Shown: in pieces, positions 38,916 to 52,340 of the stretch | Layout: every line of letters starts with the position of its first letter | Position numbering within the stretch: position 1 is the first letter of the stretch | Assembly: GCA_951406725.2 (NCBI GenBank) | Contig: OX597815.1 | Coordinates: 117,800,001 to 117,864,000, forward strand | Direction of reading: 5' to 3' | DNA length: 64,000 nucleotides | Source of the DNA: Octopus vulgaris | Lineage: Eukaryota | Program-made: the position numbers and the translations under genes | Notes under the pieces: model-generated | Database searches by the model: none | Told to the model about the DNA's origin: nothing | What the model saw: only the letters and a program-made list of their open reading frames with translations

Positions 38916-39514
38916 ATATCCTTAATAAGTGTTTTCTCTAATAAAATCTTCTTTGAGCTCAAATCTTTTAACTTCAAACATAGCTTTAATCTTTAGTCAC
39001 AATCATTCATCCTTGATGTAATGACTATGGAGTTATATACATGGATCATAGCAGTAAGTTTTGGGGTGGGGGGAACCAAAACTGAACTCAAAGACCTTTA
39101 AATTCCAATACTGACACCTTACATCTACTCATCTCTCTTTCCATATTCTCATCTTTTTTCCATATTCATATAAATAAGCATAAAGATGCTCATACATACA
39201 CACACACAAAAAGATAGAGTGAAGATTTTTCAAAAATTGTGGGGATTCCCCATCTGGAGCTTCTGACCTGAAGACATGCACACAGTTACATAATAATTAT
39301 GGAACACACAGACACACGCATGCACTTGTGTTCTTAAGTGACAGACACACCCACTACGTGAGCGTAAGTTTATCCACATACATGCACCCCCCCCCCAAAC
39401 AATTAGCTTCAAGTGATGTCATCAACAAAAGAGCTTTGCCACTTTGGAGACAGCCATGGATTCAGCACATGGATAAAAAATATAACTAAGTCTCATAAGA
39501 AAAATTTACATACA

Positions 39515-39930
39515 TAGGTGCAAGAGTGGCTGTGTGGTAAGTAGCTTGCTTACCAACCACATGGTTCCGTGTTCAGTCCCACAGCATGGCACCTTGGGCA
39601 AGTGTCTTCTACTTTAGCCTCAGGCCGACCAAAGCTTTGTGAGTGGATTTGGTAGATGGAAACTGAAAGAAGCCCGTCGTATATATGTATATATATATAC
39701 ATGTATGTGTGTGTATATGTTTGTGTGTCTGTGTTTGTTCCCCCAACATCGCTTAACAACCGATGCTGGTGTGTTTACGTTTCCGTAACTTAGCTGTTCA
39801 GCATAAAAAGACCAATAGAATAAGTACAAGGCTTACAAAGAATAAGTCCTGGGGTCGATTTGCTCGACTAAAGGTGGTGCTCCTGTGTGGCTGCAGTCAA
39901 ATGACTGAAACAAGTAAAAGAGTAAAAGAG
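39515..39930 (+). mobile_element. Full-length SINE family A copy
   Basis: TAGGTGCAAGAGTGGCTGTGTGGTAAG head, GTTCAGTCCC B box, ACCTTGGGCAAGTG CORE-like block, AGTAAAAG tail. Confidence 0.9.
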
Positions 39931-39957
39931 TATACATGTGTGTATACTGTGTGTATA

Positions 39958-40554
39958 CTGCTCCAGCCTCTGGGATGTCATCCTCACTGTATGTGGCCGA
40001 GCATTATCCTGATGGAAGAACACCTTTCATTTTGAAACCAAAGATGGTTGTTTTTCTTCCAGCACTGACTTGAATGACTGGTTGAATGACCAAATCCAAG
40101 GTTCTCTGCTAGTTCCTCAACAGTTATGATGGGATTTTTTTCCAACAGGGTTTGCAAGACATCCTCATTGAACTCTACAGATCTTCCAGGATGAAGCTTG
40201 TCTTCTAGGCTGTAGTTTCTGGCTTGGAATAATTTGGAATTACCGTTGGCACTGATTTACGTTGTCTGATTCCCATATACTGCATTAAAATTCCTTGCAC
40301 TTTCCATCGCGCTGTTACCTTTACTGAACTCATAAAGCAAAATATGCCGAATATGTTCGTTTGTCACTTCCAATATAGCTTTGAAAAATAACTGCTGAAA
40401 TCAAATAGCACTCTTCAAAACTTGCACTAAGAATAAGTACAAGGTGAAATTACTACCTGCTTTTATAGCAAGTTGATACATGTAGTTTATCCCATCCCCC
40501 TCGGACTTTTAGTTCATGCAACTGAAAAAACGCATTATTTACGGGATGACCCAA
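39958..40554 (-). mobile_element. Mariner (DD34D-type) transposon remnant, internally deleted and 3'-truncated
   Basis: TA|TTGGGTCATCCCGTAAATAATGCG terminus; minus-strand EHIRHILLYEFSKGNSA, SLEDKLHPGRS, TVEELAENLG and FFHQDNARPHT motifs. Confidence 0.88.
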
Positions 40555-40620
40555 TAGATGAAGCTATAAATAATAGCATGTAAAATGTTGGATTAAAAAT
40601 CCTATTAGATAGAATATATA

Positions 40621-41060
40621 CAGGTGCAGGCATGGCTGTGTGGTAAGAAGCTTGCTTTCCCCACCACATGGTTCTGGTTTCAGTCCCACTTCATGGCACT
40701 TTAGGCAAGTGTCTTCTAGTATAACCTTGTGTTGGCCAAAACCTTGTGGGTGGATTTGGTAAATGGAAAATGAAAGAGATCTTTCATATATATGCATATA
40801 TGCATATATATATATATATATATATGCGTGTATGTGTGTGTGTCTGTGTCTCTGTTTGTCCTCTACTGCTTGACAACTGGTGTTGCTGTGTTTATGTCCC
40901 TGTAACTTAGTGGTTTGGCAAAAGAGACTGATAGAATAAGTACCAGGCTTAACAAAGAATAAGTGCAGGGGTTGATTCATTTGACAAAAAATTCTCCAAA
41001 GCGGTGTTCTGGCATGGTCACAATCTAATGACTGAAACAAGTAAAAAATTAAAAGATAAA
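40621..41060 (+). mobile_element. SINE family A copy (CpG-decayed)
   Basis: Collinear with 39515-39930. Confidence 0.85.
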
Positions 41061-41424
41061 ATGATGTGTGCACACGTATGTGTGTGTGTGTGTGTTTTGT
41101 AGCATTGATTAAACTGCAGGTAAACTTAAGTGTACAAGCAGATTTGAATCCCAGCCGCAGCTGGTTCACTGATCTCTCAAACGTCCTTGAAAAAGAGTTG
41201 AACGATAAGACTTCTATATACCCAGTCTTTAATCAATAATGCTGATCATAAAAGGCCATGCAATTGATTCTGTAGTAAATGTTTATTTTATTATAACTGC
41301 ACACAGGCACATATGGAGACACAATCATACTCCCTCCCTACCAACTATCTACCAGCCTACCTATCTCTGTCTATCTATCAATATATATATATATATATAT
41401 GTGTGTGTATATGTTTGTATATCT

Positions 41425-41930
41425 TTTATCTTTTGTTTCAGTCATTTGACTGTGACCATGCTGGGGCACTGCCACGAATAGTTTAGTCCAGACTTGGCCA
41501 ACTTGAATGACATTGCGGGGCTACCTTAATCACAGAAAGTTTTTTGAAGGCCTCTTGTATACTGACAAAATTGAAAGCATTTTGCTTTCTCATGCTATTA
41601 TTACAATAATGAATGAATAATCATTGATTCAACATGAAACATTATCGTTGCAAAAACAGTAGTATCTTTCTTTTTTACTTTTCATTACAATATTTAAGTT
41701 TTGATAAAATTTTAAAAATGTTTGTTTAGATAAGCCCATTTCAAGAAAGTATCAAGCGGGCTGCAAGATAAAAGTCTGCAGGCTGTGGGCCTCAAACAAA
41801 TCAATCCTAGTACTTATTTTATTTTCAAAGCTTAGTACTTATTCTAGTGGTTATCCTTTTACCGAACTGCTAGGTAATGGGGACGTAAACAAACCAACAC
41901 GGGTTGTCAAGCGGTAGGATGGGAGCAAAC
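41425..41930 (-). mobile_element. SINE-A 3' half interrupted by a hAT-like fragment (~41488-41791)
   Basis: A tail at 41425-41487 resumes at 41792; insert begins CAGACTTGGCCAAC and has GCGGGC-type subterminal motifs. Confidence 0.65.
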
Positions 41931-42070
41931 ACACACACACACACATTTTTTAAAATTAATGTTTAGCAGAAGCAACAAGGGCCGAGTCACTGTTACTTCT
42001 GTTAAATATCAATGAAAATATATACATATACTCATGTCTTGAGTTCTACTTTTTCTGCTTGTATCACACA

Positions 42071-42105
<35 letters not shown>

Positions 42106-42621
42106 GAGAAGGGGAGAGAGAGACTTAGAGACAGGCTGATAGATATATACATATATAATGATAGAGAGAAATTTAGTATATATTCATTATCACACTTTAT
42201 ACACACATATATATAGAGAGAGATAACGTATACACACTTTCTCTCTCTCTCTCTCTCTCACTCACACGCACACTCATATACACATGGCACTTTTGGCAAC
42301 TGATTGATAGATAGATAGAAACTTATGTAGAGATATGAATACACACATACACACACATCGTCAAATATAAAATACACGCATTCTTGTGTAAAGACCAGGT
42401 TTGGCGTAGTTACATTTCATTTCAGTGCAAAAATCTAGGTTAATGAGTTGAAAATAGATTTTTGTTGTGCATTGAATTTTTTTGTTAGCTTTACATTTTT
42501 TTTTGTTTTTGCTTTGATAAAAATCAATAAATTCTAAGATAAATTTCGCACATGGAATAATCGGTCGATATGAAAGTTATTATAAAAGCTTAGAATAACA
42601 ATCAACAAACAGGTGACATAC

Positions 42622-42850
42622 CGCGAAAAGAAAAGTTGAAATCCTATTTCCTCAAACATGTGTAGTGGTTGAAGAAAAGACGAAAAAGACAGACCTCCTC
42701 TGGACTGCAAGCAGAATTGGAAAGAAAGACTGCGACCAAACAGCAAAGTGAAATAATTTGTTGAAATTTGCAGCACATGTTTTTCGTTGCTTTTGTTTTC
42801 CTTTTGAATTTGTTTTTATTGTTTTTTTTCTCTCTCTACGGAGTGACATT
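42622..42850 (-). promoter_or_regulatory. Candidate non-coding first exon / promoter region
   Basis: Non-repetitive CpG-containing stretch at the edge of the CpG-depleted domain; minus-strand donor CG|GTATGT at 42621-42616. Confidence 0.3.
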
Positions 42851-45610
42851 TAGTTAACTTGGGTACGAAAAAAATAAATAAAATAATACAATATGAACAG
42901 AATTGTGTTGAACTGCTTCATTTAACACCCACTCATTCGCGCTTCTAATCTTGTGAACTGACATAGTATATAAAAAGTTTAAGAATTCACAAGGACTGGT
43001 AGGCAGAAGCGATTAAAATTGTAGATTTTTTTTCCACACCAGCTTGCTAGATAGATACATTTGACAGCTTATATATATATATGGGAATACGACAGGAGGT
43101 TGGCGAGTTCATAAACGAAACTGAAACGGACTGACCAAAAATTCTGTTTACAATGAAAGTGGTTTTGTTAATTGTTCTGTGTTCATGTGAAGATTTAGAA
43201 CTTGATCTAATTACCTCATGCTTATGTCTTTCCCTACGTGTAAATTACGTAAGTTAATAAAGAAGGTTGTTAAAGTTAAATTAGACAACAATGTAACCAA
43301 AAGAATGCCAAGAAGCTAGCATTCTCATTGTGAAAAGCCACTGATCACGCTGCATTTGTATTAACACAACCCAACACTCCAGTGCACGTCCACTTAATGC
43401 ACACTCCGGACTTTATAATTAATGCGATGCCTAACAAACGAACGAGGAAGCCTCTACCTGGACGTTCCGCTTGCTAGGAATATTAGCCAATATCTCTCAA
43501 ATTAGATAATACTGTTTTAAATATATAGGAGGCCGGATAGGGTAATGGTTTCAGAATTACGCAAAAGCTAGCAATTTTCATGGGAGTGGTTTAGTCGATT
43601 AGATCAACTCCAGTCGTACACAGGTATTTTATTTTATCGATCTCAGCGGAATGGAAAGCAAAGTTAACCGCGGCGGATTTGAACTCAAAATGGACACTAA
43701 AGGGCAATCTTTCGGTATTTGTTGACGACATTATATAGCCAACAACGTTTCCTCATGATATAGATAAAGAGGCTAGGCTGAAAAAAAAAATAATAAAAAA
43801 GGGTGAATGATGTCTCCTCATACCGGCAATCTGCATACCGATACCGAAGCATTGCCAACTAGAGATACTGAAACAACGAGAGAGCCTGTAAACTGGTCGC
43901 CCAATATCATAGAAATAACAAAATTTCCTCTAAATTCCATCTTATCGTCTTTATATAGACGGAAGGTTACATGTGTTGATATGTATTGTTTGAAAGACAG
44001 GAGAGTCATAAGTAGAACGTTTCTCATCAGAGATTTACTCGATCAGGGTTGATCTTGAAATTCATCAAGGAAAATGTGCTCGAAGGAAGCATTCTAGAAA
44101 TAGCAACAAAACTCTCACAAATTATACCTTTAGTGCTTTAAAAAGAAAGGGCACTATATCCGAAGAATAAATTAAGACGGGGTGGTCGCAGCTGGTCTTT
44201 AATCATAAATATATTGGTTCACATTTGAACTGTTGCTAAACAACAATGCTAATAAAAGAAGGGTACTTTGCCAGAAAAATAAAGAGGGGGTAGTTACAGA
44301 TGAAATGTTTCCTACCATAGGTCAGCTGGTTCAAAGCTGAGCCTGGGAGCTTAACGACACCAACGTTAAAAAAATCTTGGGAAAAAGGACAAAGGTCACA
44401 CATTCCTACGTCATTGTGCTTAGCAAGAAATATTTCAAAGATTCAGCTAATATCATACATAATTACATAAAACCAATATCTTTTATATCAAATATTTCCC
44501 AACTTTATTCCAAGGTTATATAGCATATTATTACAATAATTTTATGAAACAAAAATTCCCAGTAGTGAGTAAATGAACAGGTTTTTCATAATTTCTTTTT
44601 CACTACAAATGAATGCGTTACACCGGATATCACTTCATTCACCCTTTATTGAGAACAAAATATTTCTGCACTCATAGTTAGTAGTATAGCTTTCACTGTA
44701 ACTTTATACTGATAATATCTATGTTTATTAAAGTAAAACTTCAACATAACAATGGGCTTCATTGTATTACTATATATATTAACTGGGTGAATCTCGGTCA
44801 GAATATCCGGTCACGAGTGTTCAGGTGTTCGATGAACTAAACTACCAGGTTCACTGAATTAGCGTGAAAGTGGCTGAGTACACCACAGATATATGTACGC
44901 GTAATGCAATTTAAAGGCGGAATCAAAGTGAAACAGTCTGACATGGCTGAACGTTTGACTTCCAGGTATAATCCATCCGACGGGCTTCTACACAGCTTTC
45001 GTCCACCCAATTCTACTCTCACAAAGTATGTGTCAGCTCGAGGTTATAGAAAATGGCACTTGCCTACGATGCTACGCAACGAAATCGAAACTGAAACTGC
45101 ATAATTGCGAAACGAACTTCTTAATGATTTGGTCATGTGTTATTTATACAATTGTATTACATAATGTGTATCTACTGAACAAGCATACTAAACGAACATT
45201 ACACACACATTTAGCCTTTTTGTGATGGTAATGGGGTGATAGTAATAGTATGAACTGTAGTTGTTCGTGATAGAGGCGGAGGCGGCGGTGATAATGGTAG
45301 TGGTAGCCGAGGCGGTCAGGGATGACGGTGAGAGTAAGAACTGTGAAAGACAGTGATGATGGTGGTGGAAGGGAAGGCGGCGAAATCAAAGATATTGATG
45401 GTGGTGGTGTCAGAAGTCTGAATGGTTTTATATGGTAGATGTGGTAGCGATGGTGGTGGTACTGTTGTTTATCATGCAGCTTTGCAATAAGTTCTAAGTG
45501 GACAAATTATATCATTGTTTTGATGGAAAATGTTCATTGCTTGAAAAATATTATCCAAGTTTAATAAAATTTGATATGTACTCAATGCATGAAGTGTCAT
45601 TGTTGGGCCC

Positions 45611-45682
45611 AAGGCCTAATGAAGAGCCCTCCACAGAAGCTAGCTTAAAAGCCGCCCGATAGGCTCGAAACGTTAAAGCCTT
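45611..45682 (+). ncRNA. Degenerate hammerhead-like motif
   Basis: AAGGC-CTAATGA-A-GAGCC[33 nt]GGCTC-GAAA-CG-TT-AAA-GCCTT; G5 is replaced by A and stem I is offset. Confidence 0.45.
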
Positions 45683-46549
45683 TTTCACTTCCCGAGCATT
45701 TACATCTGTTTGTTGTCTACACCACCTGTCTTCGTCTTTTGTCTTTTTTTTTTGCGAATTCTCCCCCCCCCCTACACACACACACACACTCACAGGTGTA
45801 ATATTGCGAAATTTGCTTCGGCTCTCTACATTCAAAGACGTCCATCCCAACGAAATTTCTGGCCTTGTAGCCTATGTTAGAAAAGAATATTTATTGCGAA
45901 ATTCAAACAAGAAAACCTTATCGAACATACGTCGGATCTTGTGTTCGAAAACGTTTAAACTAACAGCCAATCATATGCATTCCATACATCTTGGTACAAG
46001 AGCATCCAAACTAAATGCATATTCGCCACCCACACACAGGCGATGCCTAAGTATCCATACATAAAGAAACATACGAAAATATGTCCGATTATATCCAGGC
46101 TTACTGAACCTCAATGACTTATAGCTAGCTATCAGTAAACGTTCTGAATTCCAAGATATTTGAATGTGTATGTGTGTGTGTGTGCTCGCGCGCTTTTAGC
46201 AATCAGTAACGTTCTGAATTCCAAGATATATGAATCTATCCACTGCATACATACATGCATATTATATAAAATATGTAGTATTTTAATACACTTAGTTACT
46301 AACGCTTATGAACCGGATCAGAATCTATATCAATATTCATTCGAGGGTAACACTCGCAGACAGCTCCATAACTGATTACATCCATTGTGTTATCTTTCTG
46401 TGAGACATTATGTAACTATAGAACATACAGTTCGTCTGACTAGTTTACAGGAAAATACTTAACAACGGTGCCGCGTTTACGCTAAGCGATAAAGTCAAAG
46501 AATACGAAGAAGCTTAATGTAATTGGTTTAAATATTCTTTTCTACTCTC

Positions 46550-46763
46550 TCTTTACTCTTTTACTTGTTTCAGTCGTTTGACTGTGGCCACGCTGGAGCA
46601 CCGCCTTTAGTCGAGCAAATCGATCCCCAGGACTTATTCTTTGTTAGCCTAGTACTTATTCTATCGGTTTCTTTTGCCGAACCGCTAAGTTACGGATATG
46701 TAAATACACCAGCATCGGTTGTCAAGCGATGTTAGGGGGACAAACACAGACACACAAACATGT

Positions 46764-46806
<43 letters not shown>

Positions 46807-46984
46807 CATACATATATATACGACGGGCTTCTTTCAGTTTCTGTCTACCAAATCCACTCACATAGCTTTGGTCGGCCCGAGGCTAAAGTAGAAGACACTT
46901 GCCCGAGGTACCACGTAGTGGGACTGAACCCGGAACCATGTGGTTGGGAAGCAAGCTACTTACCACACAGCCTCTCCTGCGCCA
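46550..46984 (-). mobile_element. Full-length SINE family A copy; a second partial copy follows at ~46998-47240
   Basis: Reverse complement of 39515-39930, CpGs retained. Confidence 0.9.
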
Positions 46985-47501
46985 TATATGTATTTTTTTC
47001 TTGTTTCAGCCACGGGACTGCAGCCATGCTGGGGCACCGCCTCGAAGAGGGGTTTTGTCGAACAAATAGCCCCCAGTATCCATTTTTAAGAAAAGTACAT
47101 ATTCTAGTGTTTTCTTTTGCCGAACGGCTAAGGTACAGGGACATAAACAAACCAACATTTGTCGTTAAGCGGTGAGTAGATGTTGGACAAATCCAAAACA
47201 TACACACATACATACAACGGGCTCCCATACAGTTTCCAACGGGCATCCATACAGTTACTAAATTCAGTCACATGCCATTGCACATTTCTTGATAGTTTTG
47301 TCACAAGTTCGCCTTTATCTTGATGCACAGAGACGCACCTTTGCGGTTACTGTTAATGAAACCAGATCCTTAAACTTAAGTCTTCTATTACAATTTCATT
47401 CGCATCAACGTTACTTTATATGGGTATGAAATCGGCTTCAGTACTCGAATAGGATTACAGGCAGTACGATAGAATATCTTCTATTGATCATAGATTAAAT
47501 A

Positions 47502-47702
47502 GTTTTAAATTTTGACACAAGGCCAGCAATTTTAGGGAAGAGATAAGCCAATTACATCGACCCCAGTGCTCAACAGGCACTTATTTCATCGAGCTCGAAA
47601 GGATGAAAGGCAAAGTCGACCTCGGCAGAATTAAAACTCAGAACCTACAGACGACGAAATGATGCGAAGCATTTAGTCCGCCGTGCTGACGATTCTGCCA
47701 GT
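47502..47702 (-). mobile_element. SINE family B copy
   Basis: CGAAAGGATGAAAGGCAAAGTCGACCTCGGC. Confidence 0.85.
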
Positions 47703-48566
47703 CATAAATATGTCGATAATAACGATTCAACTTCGAATGCTCATTTTTCACCCTCTCAGTAACGCAATTGCCATCACAGAATTTCTTCCACCACAAATGA
47801 TCTCATTCTTATAACATCGTTGTGACCTAGGTTAGGTGGTCAACCATGACCTGTTACACAACACACCTACTGAGGAAATGAAGAGTCTTATTTCTACTTT
47901 CTCTGTTAACATGTCAGAAAACTAATAACTGAAAAATCTGGATTTTACGCAGTTAGAGCGCAATCGTTTCTGTTCAAAAAATAGTATCCCTACTGAAACA
48001 AGTACCAGGATAATAAAAATGAAATAAACGTGCTATATATACATGTGTGTGTATGTGTGTGTGTGTGTGTGTAACACTATGAAGACCTCGTCGGATGCGG
48101 CAAAAGGCAACCAAATCTCCCTCAAATCACACCTTGCCGTCTTAACAAGTATAAAAAGAAAACGACACATTGGATGATATAGTCTTATATAAATCTAAAA
48201 AGGCGAGATGGACACAACTTGAATGTCTTTGACCATAGGTCTACTTTATCAAGACCTGGTGCCAAACAACAACAACGGCACTAGTAACAACAGCAACAAT
48301 TTGTCTTTAACAATTGGATGAGACATCGAGATATGCTAACCAGAATGCAGTCTATCGATTGATTCACCATGGTAATAAATACATTGTTTGTTCATATTTG
48401 AGTTCATAAGAAACAGACCAGAAGACTCTCTTATTATTATTCGTACACCCACTGTAACGCAGTGCCAACACTGTTTATGTATCAACATCGAATCAGTTCT
48501 ATTAATAAAACTGTTCCAGTTTGCATTGTAGTATCGTTCAATTATTGAAACTGGCCATGAAATGCT

Positions 48567-48603
<37 letters not shown>

Positions 48604-48734
48604 ACTTGATAGATTTCAATATATTATGTTAACGAGTAGTATTTGGTTTATTGTGACCTGTGTAGCGTGACTAAGCTATATAAGATATTAATTTATTTAA
48701 TCATAATTTCCACTGTTTTATTATTATTAATGTC

Positions 48735-49235
48735 ACCGAGGCCGATTTGGGTTTTCATCCTTTAGGGTCGGTAAAATAGGGATCAATCAAGTACAGAGGT
48801 CGATGTAATCGACTTCCCCTCCCATCAAAATTGCTGGCTTTGTCTCAAAAATTAGAAGGAAATTATTAGTACTATATCAAATTCAAAATTTTCTACTTAT
48901 GTTAGCTAGTAGGCGTAGCTGTGTGGTTAAGCAATTCGCTTGCTATCAGTTTCCGTGTTCGATACCTGGGGTAAGTATCTTTTTGACCAAAGCCTCGGGT
49001 CGACTGAAGTTTTGTGAGTGGAGTTCGTCTGGTCTATAATATTTGTTTCAAATTTTGGGGAAGCGAGTATGTTGATTACATCGACCCCAGTACTCAACTG
49101 GTGCCTTTTTTTTTTTATCGAACCCGAATGGATGAAAGGCAAAGTCGACCTCGGTGGAACTTGAACTCAGATCGTAAAGACGAACGAGAAGCCGCTAAGC
49201 ATTTTGCTCGGCGTGCTAACTATTCTGGCAGTCGG
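48735..49235. mobile_element. Cluster: SINE-B (+, 48735-48860), SINE-A head (+, ~48909-49030), SINE-B (-, 49043-49235)
   Basis: Similarity to the family cores. Confidence 0.78.
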
Positions 49236-50144
49236 CCCGGTTTATAATATTACCACCTGGCTCTTTGGTGCATTTACGCCTTCCATCTAAAGATAGGTTC
49301 CCTCCCCACAAGTCATGAAAGTCTTGAAAAAATTTATGGGAGCTCCCGTTCCTCCTTTAAGTCATTAAATGCAATAATCAAAACAGCATTTGGGATTCAT
49401 CTTTTCTAGTTAATAACCATAAAGCGTGAAAGGTATCAGTCATCCTTCATCGTCCGACTAATAATGAATCATATCTGAACCCGGAAAGGGTACCCTTTTT
49501 CTTTGAGTATTTTTCTTTTATATTTGAAGAATAATTTACTTCTAAAGAAAATTGCAATCATATGCTTGAAATTCACATTCATTCAAGGAGCATTATTTTG
49601 AGTGACATCCTCCGTTTTCTTTGTTTCCTTTCATCTCTTCCTTTACTTCTTTTTGTGTTACAGATGAAAAGAAACACCCACTTTTATATTGAGAGAGGAC
49701 TCAACGAAAGATTCACCTTTAACTGTACTGAAAGTAGCAGTGTTGGCCTCGGTTACTTTTGTGCAAACAGATGAAAGGAAAGGAGTGGATGAAGAAAGAA
49801 AACGAAATTGGACTGTATATTCTGTAAGATATAATCCAGTTTTTTTTTTTAAAACTTAAGATCTTGCAGATTATATAAGTATTTTGTCGGCTGTTGAAGA
49901 AAACATTAGATGAATATAAATCTTTTTTTAAAAATCACAAAATAAAAAAATAGCCATCTATGTATCTTACACTGCTGATAGGCCAGTTACTACTGTGTTT
50001 GTGAGAAAATAAAGATTAGAAAACTAGCATTTAGAAATGATAGAAAAGATCCGCTTAATAATCCCTTTAGTAATGAAGTTTAGACGTTTCTGTAAAGAAC
50101 TGCAGTGGAACAGACAGTGTTATTACTTTCTTAAGACACAATTA

Positions 50145-50355
50145 AGGCGGCGAGCAGGCAGGATCGTTAGTACGTCGGACTAAATTGCCTTGTTGCATTT
50201 CGTCTATCTTTACGTTCTGAGTTCAAATTCTGCCGAGGTCGACTTTGCCTTTCATCCTTTCAGGGTCGATTAAAATAAGTACCTGTCGAGCACTAGGGTT
50301 GATATAATCGATCAGCCCCGTCCCTTAAAAAATTTGATTTGTGCCTAGTGGAGAA
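50145..50355 (+). mobile_element. SINE family B copy, near full length
   Basis: AGGCGGCGAGCAGGCAGGATCGTTAG...GAGTTCAAATTC...GCCTTTCATCCTTTCAGGGTCGAT. Confidence 0.88.
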
Positions 50356-51507
50356 AACAATATAAAAGATACGATTTACAGATAAAAACTCGAGACTAAT
50401 TTATACAATTAACAATGTTTTTCCAACAACACGTTCGAGTGTACCAAGTGAAAAGAAGTTCATGTTACTATTAGAAATAAGAGTATTATTTTCAATAGAA
50501 TTACGAGTAAGCAAACGATAATCTGAAGCTTTCTCAACTAGGAAGTTACTCCTACCGAACAATCTGTCACTAAATACTCTTGATCGTATACAGATCATGT
50601 TCTGAAGATTAATAGTACTTTGTTTTAATCCTGTTAAGCGAGATATTTTGTCGACTGACCTTGATCTTCTTGTTACCTGCCGTGCTAAGTTGACCTTTCT
50701 CTGTCAATATATTGCTTCAAATGTCACTGCCATGACAATCTAATTAGTTAACCAAACTTTTCTAATTATACCATGTTCAGTTTGGTATTCTACTGAATGA
50801 TATATGTTGCTAGCTTGTCTGGTCTCCCTGTTTAAGTAAAATCTACTGATTGGCACAAAGCACCAAATCTACAGAGGATTGATAGTATGAGAGTGTATGA
50901 GATGTTAATACATTTTCTTTCTATTGGTATCAACGGCACAGAAGAAGTGAATTAGCAACGAGTGGAAATAGAAACCGGGTCACGGACTCAGATCGCACGG
51001 AATTTACTGCTACTGAAGGAAATAGATTGGCTATTTAAGCCAGGATCCGAACAAAAGCACCCATGGAACAAAAGAAAAATTCTCTCCCACTCTATGAGAA
51101 CACCCCCTGAAGCAAAACTCCTTTGCAATATCCCCTGCTCCGTCTCTACGTGCAAAGAATAATAAAAGCTCCTTGGTTAAAGTTTTATTATTTCATCTGC
51201 AACATTTTTCGCTCTATTCCTTCCCTAAACATTTTCCCATCAAAATAACGAAAGTACGGCTCGCTGTATTAAACAAAAGTAAATGTCATATACATCAGTA
51301 TAAGTGTTCATTCTCTTCCTATAACTATACGTTACGGAAATCAGATATATAATTAATAAATTGATAATTTAATTTTATATAATTTTTCCTTCTGAAAATC
51401 TTAATGTTTACATATTCATTTATTTATTCTTTTATCGCAGATGTTCTTTCCTACTTATGTCTTCAACGTTGTGGGCATTTCCTCGACACTAATGTAATTT
51501 CATATTC

Positions 51508-51640
51508 GGTCCAGTTGTTATTTAACAATTTCATAGGAATCATTACCGTTAATAGTGCTGCTTTTACTGTGCCTACTTGTTAATTGATAACAGATGCGAC
51601 AACGTATTTGCCGACGATTTATTAATATATAAACTTATAA
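51508..51640 (+). pseudogene. Highly decayed LINE reverse-transcriptase fragment
   Basis: GP/LLFNNFI (with a frameshift) followed by VFADDLLIY at 51604-51630, matching the RT GPxLFxxFI...FADD signature. Confidence 0.45.
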
Positions 51641-51762
51641 CGATGCCGAATCCATCTCATCAAGAGCAACATCTCTGGACTATACTTGTAGGGTTCATAC
51701 CAACTAGAACCAAATTCTCTTCCCATTGTGTCGTCTTCATTTCATTATAACATCGGCTATTA

Positions 51763-52340
51763 AGACGGCCAGCCGGCAGAATCATAAACATACCAGGCAA
51801 AATGCTTTGCGGTATTTCGTCTACCGTTTCTCTCTGAGTTCAAATTTCGCTGTGGTCGATTTTGCCTTTCATCCTTTCGGGGTCGATAAAATAAGTACCA
51901 GTTGATGTAATTGACTTACCCATTCCCTAAACTTCCTAGCCTTGTGCCAAAATCAGAAACCAATATAACGTCAATTATTAGAAACTGGTTTCTTACGAAG
52001 GTGCAAGAACGCAAAATTATAAATGTGATGCTTTCTATTTTTTGTCTTCTTCTACTTGCTACAGTCATTGGGCTGCGGTCATGCTGGGGCACCGCCTTGA
52101 GGAGTTTAGTCGAACGAATCGACCCCAGTATTTATTTTTAAAGTCTGGTACTTATTCTATCGGGGACGCAAACCAACCAACACCGGCGGTTATTAAACGA
52201 TGGTGAGGGAACACACACCAAATTTACTCGGAAGGCATTGATTGGTCGGGAGCTATAGTAGCAGACACTTGCCCAAGATTCCACGCAGCGGTACTAAACT
52301 CGAAACCACATGATTGCAAAGCAAGCTTTGTTAGCCACAC
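51763..52340. mobile_element. SINE-B (+, 51763-51964) and deleted SINE-A (-, ~52055-52340)
   Basis: Similarity to the family cores. Confidence 0.8.

Noticed and set aside
40564-41169. 201-aa ORF and the recurring DGLLSVSVYQIHSQGFG...EPCGW peptides
   Set aside because: These are antisense readings of SINE family A, not a protein family
46131-46235. Short ~34-bp direct duplication around a (TG)n; a similar one lies at ~53749-53861
   Set aside because: Ordinary local duplications with no further structure
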